22,811 nucleotides of DNA from assembly GCA_051117555.1 (NCBI GenBank), contig JBNPEG010000105.1:1-22811 (forward strand), in the 5' to 3' direction. The notes beneath the pieces are model-generated. The model ran no database searches. It had not been told where the DNA came from and saw only the letters and a program-made list of their open reading frames with translations. How positions within the stretch are numbered: the stretch's first letter is position 1; the number at the start of each line of letters is the position of its first letter. The stretch comes from Elainellaceae cyanobacterium (GTDB lineage: Bacteria; Cyanobacteriota; Cyanobacteriia; CAZCXK01). The translations under genes were made by a program, and so were the position numbers. Of this stretch, positions 17,811 to 22,811 are shown piece after piece.

Positions 17811-19322
17811 CTAAATCAAGCTTGAAATCACTCGATACACCAATAAAAACAAAATAGAAATTGCCATAAACATAAGTCCAGCCATCACGGCTATAAAAAC
17901 AATGGCAACGTATGGATTTGCCAATCCTTGCAAACTTGACAAGATAGAGAAGTTGCCAAACACCTCAAATGCAACAGCAGCTACTAATGTCAACACCGCT
18001 AGAATCGGCAAATCACTTCCTTCGAGGATGCCTCGAATTTGAGCTACAATCAATCCCAACGAAATAATAAGAATCACTCCCAGGCTAATCGGTGTGATGC
18101 CTAATAGACTGAACATGGCGATCGCTCCGATTCCAAATTCAAAGCCTGTAAATGCAGCCCCCGCCACAATTTTGAGTGTTGATAAATTAGGTGAGCGAGC
18201 GCTACCCCCCGGTGAAGAACCGGATACCTTCATCGCGCCTTGGGATTGCCTGACTGAAGAAGATGGAACTGATTGTTGAATAGACGTTGAGGAGGGCACT
18301 TTAGACTGAGATGACGATGGAACACTCGTAGGCTGACGAGGCTTACTTGATTGTGACGTCATCCCTGAGGGGCGATTCAATGCTGCTAACACTTCATCTG
18401 CAGACTGAAATCGCTGACTCGGAGTTGCCTGCAACAGTTTGTCCAATATTCGCGCCAATGAATCGCTAACCTGAGCGTGCGATCGCCAATTCCAAGAGTT
18501 ACGATACGCATCATAGAGTTCTGTCGGCTGTTTGCCCGTCAATAACGTGAGGCAAGTAACCGCTAGGGCATACAAATCCGTCGCAGGATAAACGACCCCA
18601 CCCGACATTTGTTCCGGTGGGGCAAACCCCATCGAATAAATTCCCGTCGACGAATTGGCCTGACTCCCCGATTTCCCTGTAGTGACATCCTTCACAGCGC
18701 CAAAGTCGAGGAGATAAATTCGTTCGCTACGAGCTCTCATAATATTTGAGGGCTTTATATCTCGATGAATTGACCCAAAATCGTGAACAAATTTTAATAT
18801 TTTTAAGACTTCGCTTAACACGATGAGCGTTTCAGACTGAGAAAATGCTCCTTTTTGAGTCAGTTCCTCTTCCATCGTCTGACCATCTATGAATTCTTGA
18901 ACAAGATAAAAAAACTGATCAGATGTTTGATGCCGAGTATTTGGAACTTCTAACTCAAAAAAAGCCAATAAATCTGGAATTTGAGGATGCCGAATCCCAA
19001 GTTGTTCGAGTGCTAGCGCTTCTCTCTCAAACAAATCTTGAGCGATCTGAAGCTGACTTGACGTCAAGTTTCCAGAGGGTTGAAACTGCTTGACGACACA
19101 CTGCCGATTGGTCGGCGTATAGCGGTCAACTGCTAGAAATGCCGTTCCAAATCCCCCTCTACCTAGAAGCTGAATTGGCAAATATCGACCAATTAGAATC
19201 TGCGGCATTCCGCACGTGATGCAATATTTCTGCTGCACGGTTTTCAGAGTAGCCTTGTCATCCAAGTCTGCAAAGACATTGACAGGTCTAGGACAGTCTG
19301 GACGTGTGCAGTAGGTTTCCAT
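17811..19322 (-). CDS. Membrane-anchored Hanks-type Ser/Thr protein kinase with N-terminal 4-Cys zinc ribbon
   Basis: YCTRPDC...YCITCG; GRGGFG, VVK, HRDIKPSN, DFG, APPE, DLYAL; Ser/Gln linker; about four C-terminal TM segments. Confidence 0.93.
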   Translation of the reverse strand: METYCTRPDCPRPVNVFADLDDKATLKTVQQKYCITCGMPQILIGRYLPIQLLGRGGFGTAFLAVDRYTPTNRQCVVKQFQPSGNLTSSQLQIAQDLFEREALALEQLGIRHPQIPDLLAFFELEVPNTRHQTSDQFFYLVQEFIDGQTMEEELTQKGAFSQSETLIVLSEVLKILKFVHDFGSIHRDIKPSNIMRARSERIYLLDFGAVKDVTTGKSGSQANSSTGIYSMGFAPPEQMSGGVVYPATDLYALAVTCLTLLTGKQPTELYDAYRNSWNWRSHAQVSDSLARILDKLLQATPSQRFQSADEVLAALNRPSGMTSQSSKPRQPTSVPSSSQSKVPSSTSIQQSVPSSSVRQSQGAMKVSGSSPGGSARSPNLSTLKIVAGAAFTGFEFGIGAIAMFSLLGITPISLGVILIISLGLIVAQIRGILEGSDLPILAVLTLVAAVAFEVFGNFSILSSLQGLANPYVAIVFIAVMAGLMFMAISILFLLVYRVISSLI

Positions 19323-19334
19323 GAGAATTCAAAT

Positions 19335-20357
19335 TCACGCTCCGCCAGGATTAGAGGTTGTTGCCTCTAGCGAAACTGGCTTCATTGAGTCAGGCGTATC
19401 GTATTGCCCTGAATGAGACTCTGATGGCTCAGATTTATGAGTTGCAAACATCGGCAGAATCTCTTCTACAAACGCTTCAGCCGCTTTAGAACGATATCGA
19501 TTAGGATTCACAATGACCGATAAGGTTCGATTAACCACCACCCCCTCAATATGAGCCCGATGCAAGACTCCCATCTGAAGCTCTTTTTCAATGGCGGATA
19601 TCGAAACAAAAGCAGCACCTAGCCCAGCCTGCACCGCATTTTTGATAGCTTCGATAGAGTTCAACTCCATCTCAATTTTAAGACGGCGAGTTTCAATACT
19701 GCTGCGGGTTAATACCTGATCAATCACTTTCCGAATAGTAGATTGTGAATCTAATGCAATGAATTGAAGTTTATACAGATCCTCTTTTTGAACAGTACTC
19801 GTCCGCGCCAGAGGATGAAATACAGGCAACAGTAATGCTAGTTCATCCTCGGCATAGGGAATAATTTCTAAAGAGTCTTGCAATTCAGGAGGAACTTCAC
19901 CACCGATAATCGCGAGGTCAATTTGTCCGTTTGCCACGCTCCAGGCAGTGCGGCGAGTCGAATGAACGTGCAACTGTACTGCAACGTCAGGATATTGCTG
20001 CCGAAACCGACCAATCATTCGTGGCAGAAGATACGTTCCCGTAGTTTGACTTGCTCCAACAATCAGGGTTCCGCCCTGAAGATTTTGCAAATCTTCAATC
20101 GCCCGACACGTCTCTTGACAAAGAGACAAAATTCGATCTCCATAGCTGAGAAGAAGATGACCTGCCTCTGTCAACTGGGCTCGTCTGCCACCCCGATCAA
20201 AAAGGGGAACATCAAGCTGACGCTCCAAATTCTGAACCTGTAGGCTAACAGCAGGCTGAGAAACATACAAGCTATCAGCGGCACGCTTGAAGCTTCCTTC
20301 GGCAGCGATCGCCTTAAGAATTCGTAACTGATCTAGGGTAAACGGAAGGTCAGACAT
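19335..20357 (-). CDS. rbcR: LysR-family transcriptional regulator, RbcR/Ycf30 type
   Basis: [64 protein letters not shown], typical of Ycf30/RbcR. Confidence 0.88.
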   Translation of the reverse strand: MSDLPFTLDQLRILKAIAAEGSFKRAADSLYVSQPAVSLQVQNLERQLDVPLFDRGGRRAQLTEAGHLLLSYGDRILSLCQETCRAIEDLQNLQGGTLIVGASQTTGTYLLPRMIGRFRQQYPDVAVQLHVHSTRRTAWSVANGQIDLAIIGGEVPPELQDSLEIIPYAEDELALLLPVFHPLARTSTVQKEDLYKLQFIALDSQSTIRKVIDQVLTRSSIETRRLKIEMELNSIEAIKNAVQAGLGAAFVSISAIEKELQMGVLHRAHIEGVVVNRTLSVIVNPNRYRSKAAEAFVEEILPMFATHKSEPSESHSGQYDTPDSMKPVSLEATTSNPGGA

Positions 20358-20581
20358 GGTGCTAAACCTGCAATAGAGAGAAGTCTGAGGATGAAGCCCT
20401 CATAGACAGATAAAAGGTCGAAAGACTTGAGTTATGGAGCATCATACGTGACAAAGGTGGCGTTTGGGACTTATTAAAACTTCACAGTACATCCTCGAGG
20501 AAAGAGTATGTCTATATTGTGTCAAAGTCAGTATCAGCATCAGTTTTATATGAGTGAGCACTGAATAATTTTGAGCATCTT

Positions 20582-21604
20582 ATGAAGCGGGAGGCAGTCC
20601 AAGACTTTCTGAATTTACCAGGAATTGTGGGAGTTGCCCTAGTCGATGGGCGTTCTCGTCCATATTTCTGTGGGGTCGATCAAATGCTGAATTTTCAACA
20701 AAAGGAAGCCCTGGCTCAAGGAATTCAACAAGTCATCGAGACGACCCCAGTTGATTTTGACATTTTTGAATTTCAGTTTAGCGGACATCAAGTTTACATT
20801 TATAAATTAGAACACGGGATTATCCTCCTTTCTTTAACAAACGATCAATTAGTCTATTCAGACTATATTCAGGTTGTCGAGAAATTGAAATCAGGGCTTC
20901 AAGACGATATTACCAATGCGATCGCAACCTTTCGACTTCTAGCAGGAAGTATCACCCTATCTAAACAAAATTACTGGAAATCACAATCCGAAGCCTCAAG
21001 AGAATTATCAGATCATTACGATTCCTCAAATCGTCAAGAATCAAGATTTCGAGCACATCCAACCCAAACGCCAGCATCACCTCCCCTAAAACTAGATTCT
21101 GGCTCACCTAAGACTTCATCAACGGCTCCTTTCTTATCAAATCATTCAGATTTAAAGTCATCGCCTCCGGTTCTAATACCTACACAATTAGCAACTTTTC
21201 AGTCAACGGCTGATGAACTGAACACCAGATCAATCCGCGATTTTTCCTGGTCAGAAGGGCATACTGACCTGAAAGAGGTATTAACTGCCCTAAATCACTT
21301 TAGCAAGCAGGCGGCACAATATCTCGGAATCACAATGGTCGCTAACTATTGGAGATCCAGCTGCCCAGCCATCGAATGGCTGAATAATTTTCAGGTCGAT
21401 CGATCCGCCCAGATTACTATATCGGGGGCTTCCCTGATCCGATTGGCGCACCCCATTAGTGCCGAACAACACGAATGGATTCGAACCTGGGTCGCAGCAT
21501 TCATACAACGATGCTCTAAAGTCATCCGTGACTTTCCTACACTTGTTAACAAAATGGAAATTGATGACCGTCAGAGATTTCTCTTATTGCTTCCCCTGTC
21601 TTAA
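20582..21604 (+). CDS. Conserved hypothetical protein: roadblock/LC7-like N-terminal domain, Ser/Pro-rich linker, helical C-terminal domain
   Basis: 340-aa ORF; N-terminal LNLPGIVGVALVDG pattern; low-complexity middle; 23 bp from the next gene. Confidence 0.65.
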   Translation: MKREAVQDFLNLPGIVGVALVDGRSRPYFCGVDQMLNFQQKEALAQGIQQVIETTPVDFDIFEFQFSGHQVYIYKLEHGIILLSLTNDQLVYSDYIQVVEKLKSGLQDDITNAIATFRLLAGSITLSKQNYWKSQSEASRELSDHYDSSNRQESRFRAHPTQTPASPPLKLDSGSPKTSSTAPFLSNHSDLKSSPPVLIPTQLATFQSTADELNTRSIRDFSWSEGHTDLKEVLTALNHFSKQAAQYLGITMVANYWRSSCPAIEWLNNFQVDRSAQITISGASLIRLAHPISAEQHEWIRTWVAAFIQRCSKVIRDFPTLVNKMEIDDRQRFLLLLPLS

Positions 21605-21627
21605 TTAACCCCACGGAGAGAATCATT

Positions 21628-22113
21628 ATGGTAAAAACAATTCGTCTAGAACCTATCGGTCAACAATCTTCTGTCGAAACAAACGGGAATCTGCTTTCCG
21701 TCTTAATCAATAAAGATTTGGATGTACTTAAAGAATGCGGCGGGCGTGGCATGTGCGCAACGTGCCATGTCTATGTCAACGAAGGTATGGATTCTCTATC
21801 TACTATCAGTCGGCGTGAGCAACGGACTTTGGAAGTGATCACATCCTGTAAACCCAACTCTCGACTTGCCTGTCAATCCAGAGTTTTAGGTGAAGGTATA
21901 GTCGTTGAACTCCCACCAGGTATGTATGTCAATTCGCTACAAGACATTGAGGCATTAATTGGGCGGCGGGCTGATCAAGATATGCTCCATCCCATTACCG
22001 GGCAAGTCCTAGTTGAGGCAAGCAAATTAATTACTCGCTCAACTTTAAGGCAACTTGAAGACACACCAAGCTTCAAAGTCGGAGAGTATTTTGCAAACAC
22101 TACCAATGCCTGA
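21628..22113 (+). CDS. 2Fe-2S ferredoxin (adrenodoxin-type) with ~60-aa C-terminal extension
   Basis: CGGRGMCATCHV (C-x5-C-x2-C) and SRLACQ; GGAG RBS. Confidence 0.9.
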   Translation: MVKTIRLEPIGQQSSVETNGNLLSVLINKDLDVLKECGGRGMCATCHVYVNEGMDSLSTISRREQRTLEVITSCKPNSRLACQSRVLGEGIVVELPPGMYVNSLQDIEALIGRRADQDMLHPITGQVLVEASKLITRSTLRQLEDTPSFKVGEYFANTTNA

Positions 22114-22283
22114 TTGGAGTAAAGATGTGAAGTGAAGATGTTTTATTTAGTGTGCACCGTGGCGAGATTTGACTGAAAATGTTCTACTTTTTTGCCAGTA
22201 ATCAGCAAATTTACAGAACCACCTTCCACGGGTCGCGGCTATTCTTAATGAAGCTTGATCAATCTTAATAGGGTCATTTAGAG

Positions 22284-22763
22284 ATGCTTAGCCAACGATA
22301 TTGTTTAAGTGTTGAAACAGACGGTCGATTTGCAACTGATTCAGAATTACACTTTTTGGATCATTACATAGGCTCTTATTCTATTCGGTTAAGTGCCTAT
22401 CAAAAAATCCGAGCGGCTGAGGTCAAAATCGTCCAACAAGTCTATGCAAAGATTCGAGCCATTGATTCAAATCTCCTACATGTTGGAGGAGAAGATATAT
22501 CTGTAAAATGGAAGCAGGATACGATTCGGGTCTTGCGATATTCAGCTACTGCTCTTCTACTGGATGATCCAAAGACGCTACAAGAACGCTTACTATTTTG
22601 GTTTCAAACCATCATGAAGGCATTTAATACCCAGCGGAGTTGTGAAGTTACTTACATCATGATGCAAGAGGTGATTAAACAGCATTTGACTGGCGCTGAG
22701 ATGGAACTATTTCGTCCAATTCTTGAACTAAATCGTGCTGCGTTAGGTGTCTCAGCGCCATAA
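22284..22763 (+). CDS. Phycobiliprotein-like (globin-fold) protein, probably chromophore-less
   Basis: 159 aa; DGRFATDSEL (compare D..GRYL...EL), RL.AY..I, D...VLRY.A.A.L.DD...LQER.L, following the allophycocyanin pattern. Confidence 0.8.
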   Translation: MLSQRYCLSVETDGRFATDSELHFLDHYIGSYSIRLSAYQKIRAAEVKIVQQVYAKIRAIDSNLLHVGGEDISVKWKQDTIRVLRYSATALLLDDPKTLQERLLFWFQTIMKAFNTQRSCEVTYIMMQEVIKQHLTGAEMELFRPILELNRAALGVSAP

Positions 22764-22811
22764 TCCGATTTTTCTTAAACGCATTGGGCTTTTGGATAGT
22801 GACGACATTAT

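Overview
Cyanobacterial chromosomal segment: more than 30 HIP1 sites (GCGATCGC) by hand count, plus glnB, rbcR/ycf30 and DUF4090 genes. Left to right it holds: a ~1880-aa multi-domain extracellular phosphatase/phytase (EEP, phytase-like esterase, beta-propeller phytase, PhoD, RTX repeats) behind a candidate Pho box; a divergent lipoprotein; alaS flanked by two copies of a small hairpin/MITE-like repeat; a pseudo-receiver diguanylate cyclase; a peptidoglycan-related cluster (Tat-signal S66 LD-carboxypeptidase, holin-like protein, small membrane protein, signal-less M15A peptidase with three novel repeats); a nitrogen-related run glnB-gltS-DUF4090; an rbcR plus Ser/Thr kinase operon; and the start of a roadblock-like / 2Fe-2S ferredoxin / phycobiliprotein-like operon resembling the Synechocystis slr0144-slr0152 cluster. 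The best candidates for an undescribed system are the phage-free holin plus hydrolase locus, the roadblock-ferredoxin-globin operon, and a perfect hairpin that hides the DUF4090 ribosome-binding site while carrying a promoter -10 box in its loop. I saw no CRISPR array, rRNA, tRNA or transposase. All family calls come from motif recognition by eye, not from database searches.
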